NCBI GenBank assembly: GCA_951406725.2
Contig: OX597822.1
Location: forward strand, 97,898,001 to 97,962,000
From: Octopus vulgaris
Lineage: Eukaryota
Length of the DNA stretch: 64,000 bases
Reading direction: 5' to 3'
Position numbers and translations under genes: made by a program. The notes below the pieces were generated by a model. The model had not been told where the DNA came from. It searched no databases and saw only the letters and a program-made list of their open reading frames with translations. Below are positions 11,245 to 24,825 of this stretch, in pieces (the stretch's first letter is position 1; every line of letters begins with the position of its first letter).

Positions 11245-13280
11245 ATAAGGTTTGATTGTGTGGTTAACAAGCTCGGTTCGAAAGTGTGTGGTTCCGGATT
11301 CTTTCCATTGCCCAACGTCGATCAACGCCTTGGTAGGTGAAAATTGTAGAACGTCGTTTCCTTTTTGGTGGAAACTTATTCTATGATCAGTTTTAACAAC
11401 AATAGTTGGCCCTTGTATAACTTTAGAAAAGTCCCCTCTGTTGCAGCCATTCGGGCCAACCCTCTGATCTACGAATCCTTGAAAAGGGCCACGGACGCTA
11501 CCTTCCTCTTTTCACTAAGACAAAGTGTTGTTTTTTTAAAGGAAGATAAATTTAAACAAAATGTGATATACTTTAGATGTATATGTATTGTTTGATAATG
11601 CATTTAATGGAAAAGTATATGAAATTGATATCTATTGATATCATTAGCATCAATGCATTATTGATTTTCAAATGACAAGTAAACATTGCCACAGCTTTTA
11701 CTTTAGAAAACTTTTAAAGAAATTACTGCAAAATGAAAGACTTTTAGAAAGCGGAGAGAATGAAAGAGGAAACGTACTAAAATACTGTAAGTAAAAATCA
11801 CTCGCGATGACTGATTTTGAGTTTTCCTTGTCACATATATACATATATTTCACGTTGTTATTTTTAATGTTCCATGCTTCACATATGACGACAATGTCTT
11901 GCCTCATATATATAATAGCGCGTTCGACCGTGTTTATATATTTTGTTCAATATAAAACTGGCACTCAAAAATATGAAGCTAAGTATTAAGTTACTGGCTT
12001 ATCTGACTGTAGCTAGTTATCTACTTTCGGATATAGACAAATGGAACGTATTTTGCAAAGCTTTCAGTGAAGTTTCGTTAGCATGAATAGCCGATTTACT
12101 TTACGTTACCTCATACTTCTGAAACAGGCAACAGGCGAACCTAAAGGTATTGGGGTATTTTCTAAACAATATACACCCTAGTAATATTTGTCTCATCCTT
12201 ACCGTGGCTTGAAGTGATGAAACGATCAAAGATTATCATAGATATTATTTACATCTTCTTCTTCTTTTCACTCCGTCGGTTACGACGACGAGGGTTCCGG
12301 TTGATCCGAATCAACGGAACAGCCTGCTCGTGAAATTAACGTGTAAGTGGCTGAGCACTCCACAAACACGTGTACCCTTAACGTAGTTCTTGGGGATATT
12401 CAGCGTGACACAGAAAGTGACAAGGCCGGCCCTTTGAAATACAGGTACAACAGAAACAGGAAGTAAGAGTGAGAGAAAGTTGTGGTGAAAGAGTACAGCA
12501 GGGATCACCACCATCCCCTGCCGGAGCCTCGTGGAGCTTTAGGTGTTTTCGCTCAATAAACACTCACAACGCCCGGTCTGGGAATCGAAACCGCGATCCT
12601 ATGACCGCGAGTCCGCTGCCCTAACCACTGGGCCATTGCGCCCCCACTATTTACATCTAACCATCACGTGTAATATATTAATATTCAGTTCCTGTCTTGA
12701 GGTACACGTCTTCCTCATTTCTAACCAAATTCTGAAAGTTTTCTTTACTTTGCAGCTGTTTTCTAAATGGTTTCTAAAGTTAAAGCAGTGCTAATGTTTA
12801 CTTGTCATTTGAAAATCAATAAAACATAGATGAAAATGATTTTTATAGCTATCGATTTCTTATGCTTTTCCATTAAATACATTAAAAACGACTATATATC
12901 ATTCTAAGATACATCATTTTTTTTTTTGAATTTTTCTTTCTTTTTAAATAATATCTCTTTGGCTTACTGAGAAGAGGCAGCGTCACTGGCTCCATGGCCA
13001 TTTTCAGGGACTTCTGCTTCAAATGCTTGCAATAAAAAGGGACCCTTCTAGAGTTACGCAAGGACCAAACATTGTTGTTAAAACTGATCACAGAATAAGA
13101 TTCCCCAAGGGGAGGAACGGTCCTCTCAACGATATTCCAGTTTTCGCCTACCAAGTTGGTGTTTGTCGACGGTAAGCTATAGTTGAAAACAGTTGCCAAA
13201 TGCACCGAGCACTGGGAACGACCCCACTCGGAACCTTATAGTTCAAAAACAAGCATGTTAATCATTCAGCCAATCCTTAT
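11245..13280. repeat. Old, long, imperfect inverted duplication (arms ~11245-11790 and ~12680-13280)
   Basis: Reverse-complement blocks such as ttattctatgatcagttttaacaacaat / attgttgttaaaactgatcacagaataa and attgattttcaaatgacaagtaaacatt / aatgtttacttgtcatttgaaaatcaat. Confidence 0.8.
12269..12648 (-). mobile_element. SINE family C, full length
   Basis: Reverse complement of 4952-5337, flanked by a tttacatct direct repeat (TSD). Confidence 0.92.
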
Positions 13281-13320
13281 CAATGTTTATTGAATAAACT
13301 ACTATTACTCTTTTAAATAA

Positions 13321-13553
13321 GGCGGCGAGCTGGCAGAAACGTTAGCACGTCGGACAAAATGCGTAGCCGTATTTCGTCTGCCGTTACGTTGCGAGTTCAA
13401 ATTCCGCCGAGGTCGACTTTGCCTTTCATCCTTTCGGGGTCGATTAAATAAGTACCAGTTACGCACTGGGGTCGATAAAATTGACTTAATCCGTTTGTCT
13501 GTCCTTGTTTGTCCTCTCAGTGTTTAGCCCCTTGTGGGTAGTAAAAAAAAATA
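13321..13553 (+). mobile_element. SINE family B, full length
   Basis: Complete head, body and gtgggtagtaaaa tail. Confidence 0.9.
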
Positions 13554-13559
13554 TACTAT

Positions 13560-13800
13560 TACTCTTTTACTGGTTTCAGTCAGTTGACTGTGATAGTGCT
13601 AGAGCACCGCTGTTTTAGTCGGTGTATACATATATACGACGGGCTTCTTTCACTTTCCGTCTACCAAATCCACTCACAAGGCTTTGGTCGGCCCGAGGCT
13701 ATAGTAGAAGACACCTGACCAAGATGCCACGCAGTGGGACTGAATCCGGAACCATGTGGTTAGTAAGCAAGCTACTTACCACACAACAACTCCTACGCCT
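13560..13800 (-). mobile_element. SINE family A, internally deleted
   Basis: Head and tail of family A present; middle missing. Confidence 0.8.
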
Positions 13801-14606
13801 TATTAGTTTGAATATTTTCAAAAGATATAGTCGGGTTTGAAAGAGGTCCTTCGATATATCATGATCATGACCATGATCACCATCCCGTTTTTTTTGTTCT
13901 TTTTCTTCTTCTTTGCTCGATAACCCACCCAGCTCCATATATCCACCCGCCTCTTCTATTTCCCCATTTTCTCCGCTTTCCTATTTTACTCTCCATATCT
14001 CCCTATCATCCTCTCCTTCTCTCACTTCCTTGCTCTCGTAATTTTTCTCCTCACACCTCACGAATACACATATGTATACATATAATGCTCCTTCGTATAC
14101 TGGCGAATTATATCTCCATCTCGCGCTTTTTCACTTTTTCCCGTTACGTTCACCCACACTCATTATCTTTTATTAAACTTTTAATACTTTTGATATATAT
14201 TTAAAATAATATAAATTAATTAATTTTATGTATTGGCTTAAGTTTTTCATTGTCTTTTATTAAACTTAGAAAGAAGTGTATTCTCTAAGTTTTGTTTTTC
14301 TAAAAGTAGACCATGAATTTCTGCTGATCTGAGAACCAGTCACTGGACTTATATTGTGATTAACGTTTCTTTGGATGTCCTGTACCCGTATATGCATGCA
14401 TATATACATATATATCTAGGTATGTACATATATGTATGTATATAAACTTTCTCATTATCTTTTATTAAACTTTTAATACTTTTGATATATATTTAAAATA
14501 ATATAAATTAATTAATTTTATGTATTGGCTTAAGTTTTTCATTGTTTGATTTGCCTAATAGTGGTTTTATCTCTAATTTAATATAATATATATATATCTA
14601 TATATA

Positions 14607-15644
14607 TACGAGGTCTGATCAATAAGTATCCGTACCGTTGCCATCATAACGAAGCTAAATTACGCAGGGTAAAGCCGCTTGGCACAGATTAACCTTGGAC
14701 TCTGCTGTTCATGTGCACTAAGTTTTAACGTTCTAGCTTACTTCCGCTGTTTGCAGCAATACTTGAAAGGAATGTGTGTGTAGCGTATGATTGTCGCAAT
14801 GACCGTGACAGAGAAAGTTGTCATGGTGATATCTGCTCAGAGGGCTATGTAAATTGCAGAAAGTGTATGGAGAGGAGTGTATGAGCCGCACACAAGTGTA
14901 CAAATGGTTTAGACATTTCCAAGTTGGCCGAAAAATGTCCATATTGACGAACATTCTGGGAGTCCCGCACCCAGCAGAACGGAGAAAAACATCGTAAATG
15001 TGAATGGAAATCGTCGAATCACCATCCGTGAGTAATCAGAAGATGTGAAGATTAGTTACGGTTCATTTCAGTCCATTATCAGTGAAGATTTAGGTATGAG
15101 TCACATGTCTGCCAAGTTTGTGCCAAAACTGCTTTCACCTGAACAAAATGACATTCGGGTTTCAGGTACAAAAAATCCCCTTCACTGCGTCGAGAACGAT
15201 GGAAACTTTTTGAAAACTTTGCGTAGCAGGTATTGCCAAACTTTTGGCAAAAGGTGATGCAAATTCTCTGATGAAATTTCTAAAGGGGCTAAACATAGAG
15301 GGGACAAACAAGGACAGACAAAGGGATTAAGTCGATTACGGCGGAATTTGAAGTCAGGACATAACAGCAGACGAAATACGGCTACGCATTTCGCCCGGTG
15401 TGCTAAGGTTTCTGCCAGCTCACTGCTTCTGATCAACTTACTTTGACATTGTCAATGCGACGATCACACGCTACACACGTTCATTCCATGCACTACTGTA
15501 AACAGCGGAAGTAAGCTACAACGTTAAAACTCAGTGCGCATGTACAGTAGAGTTCAAGTTAAGTTTTTCCCAGCGGCATCACTCTCCGTGTTTTAGCTTC
15601 GTTACTGCAGCAACAGTCCGGATATTTTTTGATCAGACCACGTA
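14607..15644 (+). mobile_element. Non-autonomous mariner derivative with ~190 bp terminal inverted repeats
   Basis: TA|cgaggtctgatcaataagtatccg ... ccggatattttttgatcagaccacg|TA. TIRs extend to ~14800 / ~15450. Internal transposase remnants KVYGEECMSRTQVYKWF and IISEDLGMSHMSAKFVPKLL (WVPHxL-like). SINE B fragment at 15285-15425. Confidence 0.85.
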
Positions 15645-15914
15645 TATATATATATATATATATAAAACTTACTTGGAAAAGGATGCGTGGTGTTCGATCA
15701 TATAGTAATATAAATGATATATAAATATATGCATATATACATACATATATGTACATACCTAGATATATATGTATATATGCATGCATATACGGGTACAGGA
15801 CATCCAAAGAAACGTTAATCACAACATAAGTCCAGTGACTGGTTCTCATATCAGCAGAAATTCATGGTCTACTTTTAGAAAAACAAAACTTAGACAATAC
15901 ACTTCTTTCTCAGT

Positions 15915-17705
15915 CCTTGAACCCCAACTCAAACAAAGCTTGCAGAAAGCTGAAAAGGAAAGTGCAGACTTGTTCTAAGGAAAATTAAACAGGAATGGTA
16001 GAGCAAAAGGGGCACAAGAAGCAGCTGATGGAAACGATGCCAAGCGTTTGTACTCGTATGTTAAGGAGGTGTATGTCCCAAAATTTCTTCAATAGCTCCA
16101 GTGAGAACAACAAATGGGCGTTTTCTTCTGATTGACACCGCTTCTATTCATAAGCGTTGGGTAGAACATTTTTCTGCACTTTTGAATAGACCATCATCCG
16201 TTGACACGAGGGCGATAGAAAAACTGGAACACCTTCCAGTTATAGAATAAATGGCATTTGAGCAAGCTCTAAATGACATTTATTTAGCTGTGAATAAGCT
16301 GAATAACAATAAGTCTCCAGGGTCTGATGGGATCTGTGCAGAAGTCTTGAAATATGGAGGTGACAAAATGTTTGAACTTTTAAATATATTAATTTGTCAC
16401 TGTTGGGGAACTGAGTTAGTGCATCAAGACTGAATTGATGCCATATTGGTTTCCTTGTATAAATCGGGGCCAAAGGATCTGTGTAGTAATTTGCATGGGA
16501 TTTCGCTTTTGTCTGCGGTTGGAAAGGTACTTGCCCGCATTTTGTTAGGACGTTTAAATACCTTTATAGTTCCAAATTTAGTGTCTGAATCTCAGTGTAG
16601 ATTTCTTTCCTCTAGGGGAAAACCGCTGATTGTATCTTTACTGTCAAACAATTACAAGAAAAGTGCATTGAACAAAATCTCGCTCTATACTATTGTTTTG
16701 TTGATTTGAGAAAAGCATTCGATACTGTGAATCGAAATGCTCTGTAGCTAATTCTAAGGAAAATAGGTTGCCCAGAAAAAATTGTAAACATGATCAGAGC
16801 TTTGCAGGAAGATATGAAAGCTAGAGTTAACTTTGGTGGTAGGCTCTCTGAATCTTTTGCTGTGGAAGATGGAGTAAAGCAAGGAGACCTTGATGCACCC
16901 ACCCTCTTTGCAATATACTTTGCTGTTGTGTTGTCACATGCTTTTCAAAACTCAGCGGAGTGTATTTACATAAAATATCGAACAACAGGGATTGTTTTTA
17001 ATCTGACCAGACTGAAATTCAAAACGAAGACTTTTACTTCACTCATTAGGGAACTTTTGTACTCTGATGATTGCGATGTTGTCAGTCATTCTGAAAAAGG
17101 TCTGCAATCTCTTGTATCTGCATTTGACTCGGCTTGTAATGATTTTGGCTTGACCATCAACTTGAAAAAAAAAAAAACGGTTGCAATGCATCAACATGCT
17201 GTTTGTAACCCCACTGAAATTTTTGTTAAGGACAAGTTACTTGAGGTTGTCGATTCGTTCGTCTACCTTGGAAGCTCTGTTCAAATGATGGAAATCTTGA
17301 TACAGAAATACAGCTGCTAATTCAAAGGGCAGCAAAATCCTTTGGTGGCTTAGAGTCACGCGTTTGGTGCCAGCGTCATATAAATAAGAATACAAAGCTG
17401 GCTCTTTACAAATGATTTGTGTTACCATCCCTGTTGTATTCCTGTGAAACTTGGACTTGTTATGAACAGCATTTTAAATTGTGAGAACAATTACATCAAA
17501 AATGACTTCATCGCATTTAAAAAATTAAATGGAGTTCTTTTATCCCAAACACGGATATCCTTGCATCTGCAGGCATCACTTCAATTAAAGCTATAATTTT
17601 GAGGAACCAATTGAGATGGTGTGGCCATAGCGTTCGAATGGCAGATGAACGCATGCCGAAATAAGTGTTTTATGGTGAGCTTGCAGAGGGGAAACATAAC
17701 AGACC
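15915..17705 (+). mobile_element. RTE-clade LINE reverse transcriptase, decayed (stops and frameshifts)
   Basis: Motifs KSPGSDGICAEVLK, GISLLSAVGKVLARIL, FVDLRKAFDTVNR, GVKQG...PTLF, LLYSDDC, FVYLGS, QLRWCGH. Confidence 0.9.
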
Positions 17706-18610
17706 TGACATTTGCGATTGAGAAGAGAAACTGTGTACTCTTGTGGAAGGCAGCTGCTCAGCGGATGTTAACATGAAGCTAAAGATCAGTGAAAATGAAA
17801 GCATCTACACTAAACTATTGAGAAATCAATAGTTACTCTATCCAGATTACAAATTCAGGTTTATACCTGTAATTATTGGAGCGCTGGATATGTAACACAC
17901 TGTCGAGATATCAATCTTGAGTAATTAGACCTCTCAAAACCAGAAAAGAGAAAGCTGATTCGAAGACTCCTGGAAATGTAAAAATCTGTAAAACTTTCCT
18001 GAAGTTTATCTTTTAAATATAAGCATGAGAATACATGCATAAAACAAAGCATACAAATCTGCACATATACATACATACTCTTTTACTCTTTTACTTGTTT
18101 CAGTCATTTGACCGCGGCCATGCTGGAGCACCGCCTTTAGTCGAGCAAATCGACCCCGGGACTTATTCTTTGTAAGCCCAGTACTTATTCTATCGGTCTC
18201 TTTTGCCGAACCACTAAGTGACGGGGACGTAAACACACCAGCATCGGTTGTCAAGCAATGCTAAGGAGACAAACACAGACACACAAACACAGACACACAC
18301 ATATATATATATATATATATACATATATACGACAGGATTCTTTCAGTTTCCGTCTACCAAAGGCATTGGTCGGCCCGGGGCTATAGCTGAAGACACTTGC
18401 CCAAGATGCCACGCAGTGGGACTGAACCCGGAACCATGTGGTTGGTTAGCAAGCTACTTACCACACAGCCACTCCTGCGCCTACATACAAATAAACAAAA
18501 TTACCATGTTGATGTTGAAATGTCAATGAAAGAGCTTTGGATCAAGGTTAGAAACCGGCTCTTTCTCTATTGGCAAGAAATCTTGAAATAAAACTTAATA
18601 ATGGCATAAA
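17700..18610 (+). mobile_element. 3' end of an R4/Dong-like non-LTR element, interrupted by SINE A
   Basis: Homologous to the reverse complement of 20290-20860 (RPD...E endonuclease region, PVIIGALG, 3' UTR with internal CATA repeat and terminal hairpin). Confidence 0.75.
18077..18482 (-). mobile_element. SINE family A, near full length
   Basis: Reverse complement of the family A consensus, inserted in the CATA repeat of the R4-like 3' UTR. Confidence 0.9.
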
Positions 18611-19459
18611 TATATACGTGTGTGTGTGTGTGTGTGAGTGTAACAGAATCTAAGGGAACTAGTGTTAGCCACGAACCAGCGAAACTTGTATAACCTGGTG
18701 AAAAGTGACAGAAAGTGTAAAATGTTATTGTAGGAGTTGGTGACATTTTGGATAGGGGCTATTTACGGTTGAAATGGTTAAGGAAAATAAAAGACAGAAA
18801 CGATTTACATCCTTTCTGTTCGAGCTATTGCCAGCAGCAACATGTATATGAATTCGGCTGTACCTTACATTCTGACCTCTCTAAAAAAATCAGCTATTTT
18901 TGGGTTTGTTCCGCTTTATGGAAACAGCGATAAAAGCCACAATACTGGCGATACACGCACATGTGAGAAAGCCACACATAGATATTATCAGTGAACTTCA
19001 GAACAATTTTTACAATACATCTAAAATTTTTTAGTAAACATTATAGGCGAATGACTTTTCTAGAATGTAGGCCGTCACATCATTCTAAACACGAACGTTC
19101 GTTCGGAATGACAGTGATATTTTGTATATTACAAAAAGAAAGGAATCAAATATAAGAGAATAAAACAAGAAATAGTAACAGATTATTTATAGAAAACTTT
19201 GTAGAGATAAATGCCAATAGAATCTTGTCGGTTAATGCAGTGGATTCGCTTAAAGGAACTCTAAGGTTGCTACTATTCTTTTTAAATTTTGACAAAGAAA
19301 TGCAAAGCTGTCACCGATGAAAAACTTATTTCTATAGTAAATGACTATATTTTGTTGTTGTTGAGATTTCATTGTCCGTTAGTATTGTATAACAATGCGA
19401 TGGTTAACTTCACCGGATGCTGTCTTCCCTACACATCAACAGACAATTCAAAGCGTGAT

Positions 19460-19980
<521 letters not shown>

Positions 19981-20239
19981 ATGGCTATTATTAAAAGAGA
20001 ATCAGACAATGTCTAAAGAAGTGGTGTCTAGATCAGAAAGAAGGTTATTTTATTGGGTTTGAGACATCAGCTAGGTAGTCATATATGAATGTATGTATGT
20101 ATTTAAGTATATGTGTATGCAGATATGCGTATATGTATATGCGTATTTGTGTGAGTATATGTTAATATGTATGTCGGCACGTGCACATATATATATATAT
20201 ATATGTTTATACGTATGTATATGTATTTATGTATGTATC

Positions 20240-20270
<31 letters not shown>

Positions 20271-20289
20271 TGTATGTATGTATGTATAT

Positions 20290-23252
20290 CATTATCCAGT
20301 TTTATTTTAAGAATTCTTGCAAATAGAGGAAGAGCCGGTTTTTAACCTAGATCCAAGGCTCCCTCATTGGAATCAACAACAGGGTATTTTTGTATGTATG
20401 TATGTATGTATGTATGTATGTATGTATGTATGTATGCATGGACATATATGTATATGTGCAGATTTCCATGTTTTGTTTTATGTATATATTCTCATGCATA
20501 TACTTGCATATCTAGACATGCTCATATATATTTAAATGATAAACTTTTGGAAAGCTTTACAAATTTTTACAGTTCCAGTGATGGACTGGATCTGTAGTCT
20601 TAGAATCAGGTTTTTCCAATCTGGTTTTGAATAGCCTAATTTCTCAAGATTGGTATTTAGGCAACGGGTTACATATCTTACGGCTCCAATAAATACAGGT
20701 ATTGTAATCTGGATAGAGTAACTGTAGATTTCTCAATAGTTCAGCATAGGTATTCTCTTTGTCACTGATCTTCAGCTTTATGTTAACATCCGCTGGCAGT
20801 TAATTTCCACAACTGTACACACTTTCTCTTCTCTATCACAAATCATTATATGAGATCTGTTGTACCTACATTTTATTCAGGTTTTTACTGGGACATTCCA
20901 ACAGTACTCGTTTTTTATTATGAGTGGCTAGGGTTCTTATTACTTTGTCCTCGGGATTATCCTTCCGACGGATTTCATTATAGGGTGTCCTAGCTACAAC
21001 TTGATGTCTCATTGGTAGATCGTACCGTGATGACATTTTCGGACAACTGCTTATGATGTGGGTGATATTTTCAGTGCTAACTCCACAAATTCTGCATAGG
21101 TTATCAAATTTTACTGCTTTTCCTATTTTTCTATCCCTTTTGTGCATCAGGTTTTTGGTTGATATTTTCTGTTCCTGGACTGCAAACGAATACCCTGGGC
21201 GGTGGTAATCTGGCTATTGGTCCATGATAGACTGCTTTGATGATCTATGTTACTATCATCTCGGAGCTTTCTACTAACATATCCATGCATAGTCTTGTGC
21301 TTATATATTTTAATCCTTTCATTTGATGATACGTTGCGGTAGAGTCGTGCGACCTCTTTGGACATGTATTTAAGGTTATCACACCAGGAATGTTGTTCAA
21401 GGAGCTGCCTTTCAAATCTTATGATGTTATCAACGTCACGTGTGCAAACTTGTTTAAGGGATGTATTTCGACACTTGGCGGTTTACAAATGTTGCCGAGG
21501 GATATGGATTTTGAATTGGCGACCTCGGATGAACGAATCTGCAGTAAAATGTAACAAGGTTGAAGTCACAGAAAATATTTCAGCTCAGCTATTTATTGGT
21601 TCTTTCCTCCGCTGCATTAGACTAATAAATGATGGAAACAATAAGTTATAATGTATTTTAGAAAAATATTTCAATAACAAGGTGAGCGAATTAGCTATTA
21701 ATTATTTTGCTACTGTATCGAAAAATCGCGAAAACATTCCAAGAATCGATATGAGAATCTAGGATTCTAATCTAATGTGTTGATAATCAAACGTAATATG
21801 TGATTACGAAAATAAAAGAAAAACAAAATTGATATGCGTCTCATTTTTATGATTTAAACGTTCATAGATTACTGTTTGTTATGATGGGTTATGAGTTATT
21901 AATATATATATATATTCAAAAGAATTTTGGATCGACGTTATGATTCTGCCGCCTTGTTTTCTTCTTATGTAGAGGCGGTCTAAGTCACTGTTTATGAGGA
22001 AATTATGTGTGATTGTTAGTATTTTTCAGGTTTTCACATCTATGGCTTCAGATCTCATCAAGCGTCCAATCAAGCATCCCAAATGTTGGTGTGAGTTCTG
22101 GCACTGCAAACACATTGCGGGCCACTGTTTTATTGAATGCGGAGAGTTCTGAGGTCCAAATGTTCTATATTCGGCTGTAATATTCTTTAGTGACACGTGT
22201 TTTGTTACAGGTGCCATTGTAAGATGAGTTTCTATCCATTCCTAGATACCTGTAACATTCCTCATCAGATATAGAAAAAACAGTCAAGTCATTGATGGAG
22301 TGTTGCTAGTCTGGCTTACAGTTGTCGCCCTTTTCACAACAATATAACAACATTTACCCTAAAGAAACTCCAATTCTACATCCTTTGAGAATGTTGTAGC
22401 TAGGTGAAGGCTCTTTTTCATCTCGTGCATATTCTTTTCATAAAGTTTCAGGTCATCTACAACAAACCAGTGTATAATTTTGATATTTCTGTTTCCTTGT
22501 GAACCAGTGAGATATCTTTCAGACTTCTATAACATGAATGACAGTGTTTACAAAAGGTGTAAACAACATCAGAGAGTGGCTGTTCCCTTGGAATATGTCT
22601 TTGCGATACTGTATCCTATCAGTGATAATACAGTCACTCTGTATTTAATTTCAAGATGGTGGCACACGATGAAGTCAGGTCAGCTATGGCTTCGACTATT
22701 CCGACTGGAACTTTAGCAAGTTGAAGGGCTTCTAGCATTCATGAGTAGGGAACAGAGTCAAGGGCTTTCTTGTAGTCCAGCCACAATGAAACTCGGTTCC
22801 TCCTATGCTCGCGCACCTCTGACATCACAGTTTTGTTGATTAACAATTGCTCGGCACATCCCCAAACTCCCTTATTCCCAGCTGCTTGTTCTGCTGTGAT
22901 AATGTCAATGGTTTCACCATGGTCCTGCAGGAAGAGGTTTAAATATGCTGCATATATTTTATACATTAAGTTCTGGCATGCAAATGGTCGGTAATGTTTT
23001 GCCATGTGGGCAGTTCTGCATTTAGGGATCAATTTTTCTCTACCAGAGCTAACCAGTGTGGTATTCTCCTGTTCCCAATAAAAGCTTGATGGTACAGATT
23101 GATAAAATATGGTTGGTAGAATGTTAGCTTCTTGTACCAATATTCAACTATCAAGCCTCTTCCATATGCTTTTCCATACTGGACTTTCTGGATCACAGTT
23201 GCAAGAGTTTCACCATCAATGCTGCATGTCTTGGGCATAACGCAAGAGCATT
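20290..23252 (-). mobile_element. R4/Dong-like non-LTR retrotransposon (restriction-like endonuclease class), 5'-truncated and decayed
   Basis: RT motifs YRPFACQNLMYK, EQAAG...GCAEQLLIN, WLDYKKALDSVP, FVVDDLKL, YRYLG. Zinc knuckle CRICGVSTENITHIISSCP...RH followed by an RLE-type C-terminus. Both ends lie in (TATG)n tracts. Confidence 0.85.
21505..21914 (+). repeat. ~410 bp direct copy of 24376-24785 inserted into the R4-like element
   Basis: Near-identical sequence tggattttgaattggcgacc...gagttattaatatata at both sites. Confidence 0.92.
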
Positions 23253-23735
23253 GTATGTATGTATGTATGTATGTATGTATGTATGTATGTATGTATGTAT
23301 GCATGTATGCATGTATGCATGTATGTATGTATGTATGTATGTATGTATGTATGTATGTATGTATGTATGTATGTATGTATATCTACGTAGTTCTGCCAAA
23401 TGTACGATGTAAAGAAGTACTGTCCGTACACAGAAATGGAAATGTTTTTACAAGGTGAGGAGTCTGCGTATACAGCATGCAGGATAAAAGATAAAATCGT
23501 ATCATATTGCCGAGGAGTTCTTTGTGGAACTACAGCTGCACACTGCAACGACGTAAATAGGTGTGCTTATCCTTAATCCATTGCTAATTGTTCCAGGGTC
23601 GGATGAATCAATGACTCAACCAATTCACACCTAGTCTGCCAAGTAAGGTGGTTGTTGTGGACATTATGCAGGACTAAAAAAAACTAAAAGGAAATATGAG
23701 CTCAGTGTGAGCTAACGGCCATCTAGACGAATGGT

Positions 23736-24118
23736 GTGGAGGTGCAATGGCCCAGTGGTTAGGGCAGCGGACTCGCGGTCGGAGGATCTCGGTTTCGATT
23801 CCCAGACCGGGCATTGTGAGTGTTTATTGAGTGAAAACACCTAAAGCTCCACGCGGCTCCGGCAGGGGATGGTGGTGAACCCTGTTGTACTCTTTCACCA
23901 CAACTTTCTCTCGCTCTTTCTTCCTGTTTCTCTTGTACCTGTATTTCAAAGGGCCAGCCTTGTCACAATCTGTGTCACGCTGAATCTCCTCGAGAACTAC
24001 GTTAAGGGTACACGTGTCTGTGGAGTGCTCAGCCACTTGCACGTTAATATCACGAGCAAGCTGTTCCGTTGATCGTATCAGCTGGGACCCTCATCGTCGC
24101 AAACGACGGAGTGCTCCT
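23736..24118 (+). mobile_element. SINE family C with 12 bp TSD
   Basis: TSD tagacgaatggt at 23724-23735 and 24120-24131. Confidence 0.92.
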
Positions 24119-24769
24119 ATAGACGAATGGTATCTCGTGAAAACACGCTAGTAGCAAACTGTGCACTCGATCCAGGACAGTTGCCACGAAAACCCCAAAT
24201 GAAAGACATATTATGATCTCGAGTTGTGGTCGACACCCATGGTCGATGTGGCATAGAGTGAAAAAAATCTTGTACGAAACTGTATTATAGTAGATTTGGA
24301 AGAGACTGTTTTTTTATACATCGTTTCTAATCGAAGAAATAATCTTCGAATACAAATTTTAAACCACTACTCAGCTGGATTTTGAATTGGCGACCTCGGA
24401 TGAACGAATCTGTAGTAAAATGTAACAAGGTTGAAGTCACAGAAAATATTTCAGCTCAGCTATTTATTGGTTCTTTCCTCTGCTGCATTAGACTAATAAA
24501 TGATGGAAACAATAAGTTATAATGAATTTTAGAAAAATATTTCAATAACAAGGTGAGCGAATTAGCTATTAATTATTTTGCTACTGTATCGAAAAATCGC
24601 GAAAACATTCCAAGAATCGATATGAGAATCTAGGATTCTAATCTAATGTGTTGATAATCAAACGTAATATGTGATTACGAAAATAAAATAAAAACAAAAT
24701 TGATATGCGTTTCATTTTTATGATTTAAAAGTTCATACATTACTGTTTGTTATGATGGGTTATGAGTTA

Positions 24770-24825
<56 letters not shown>

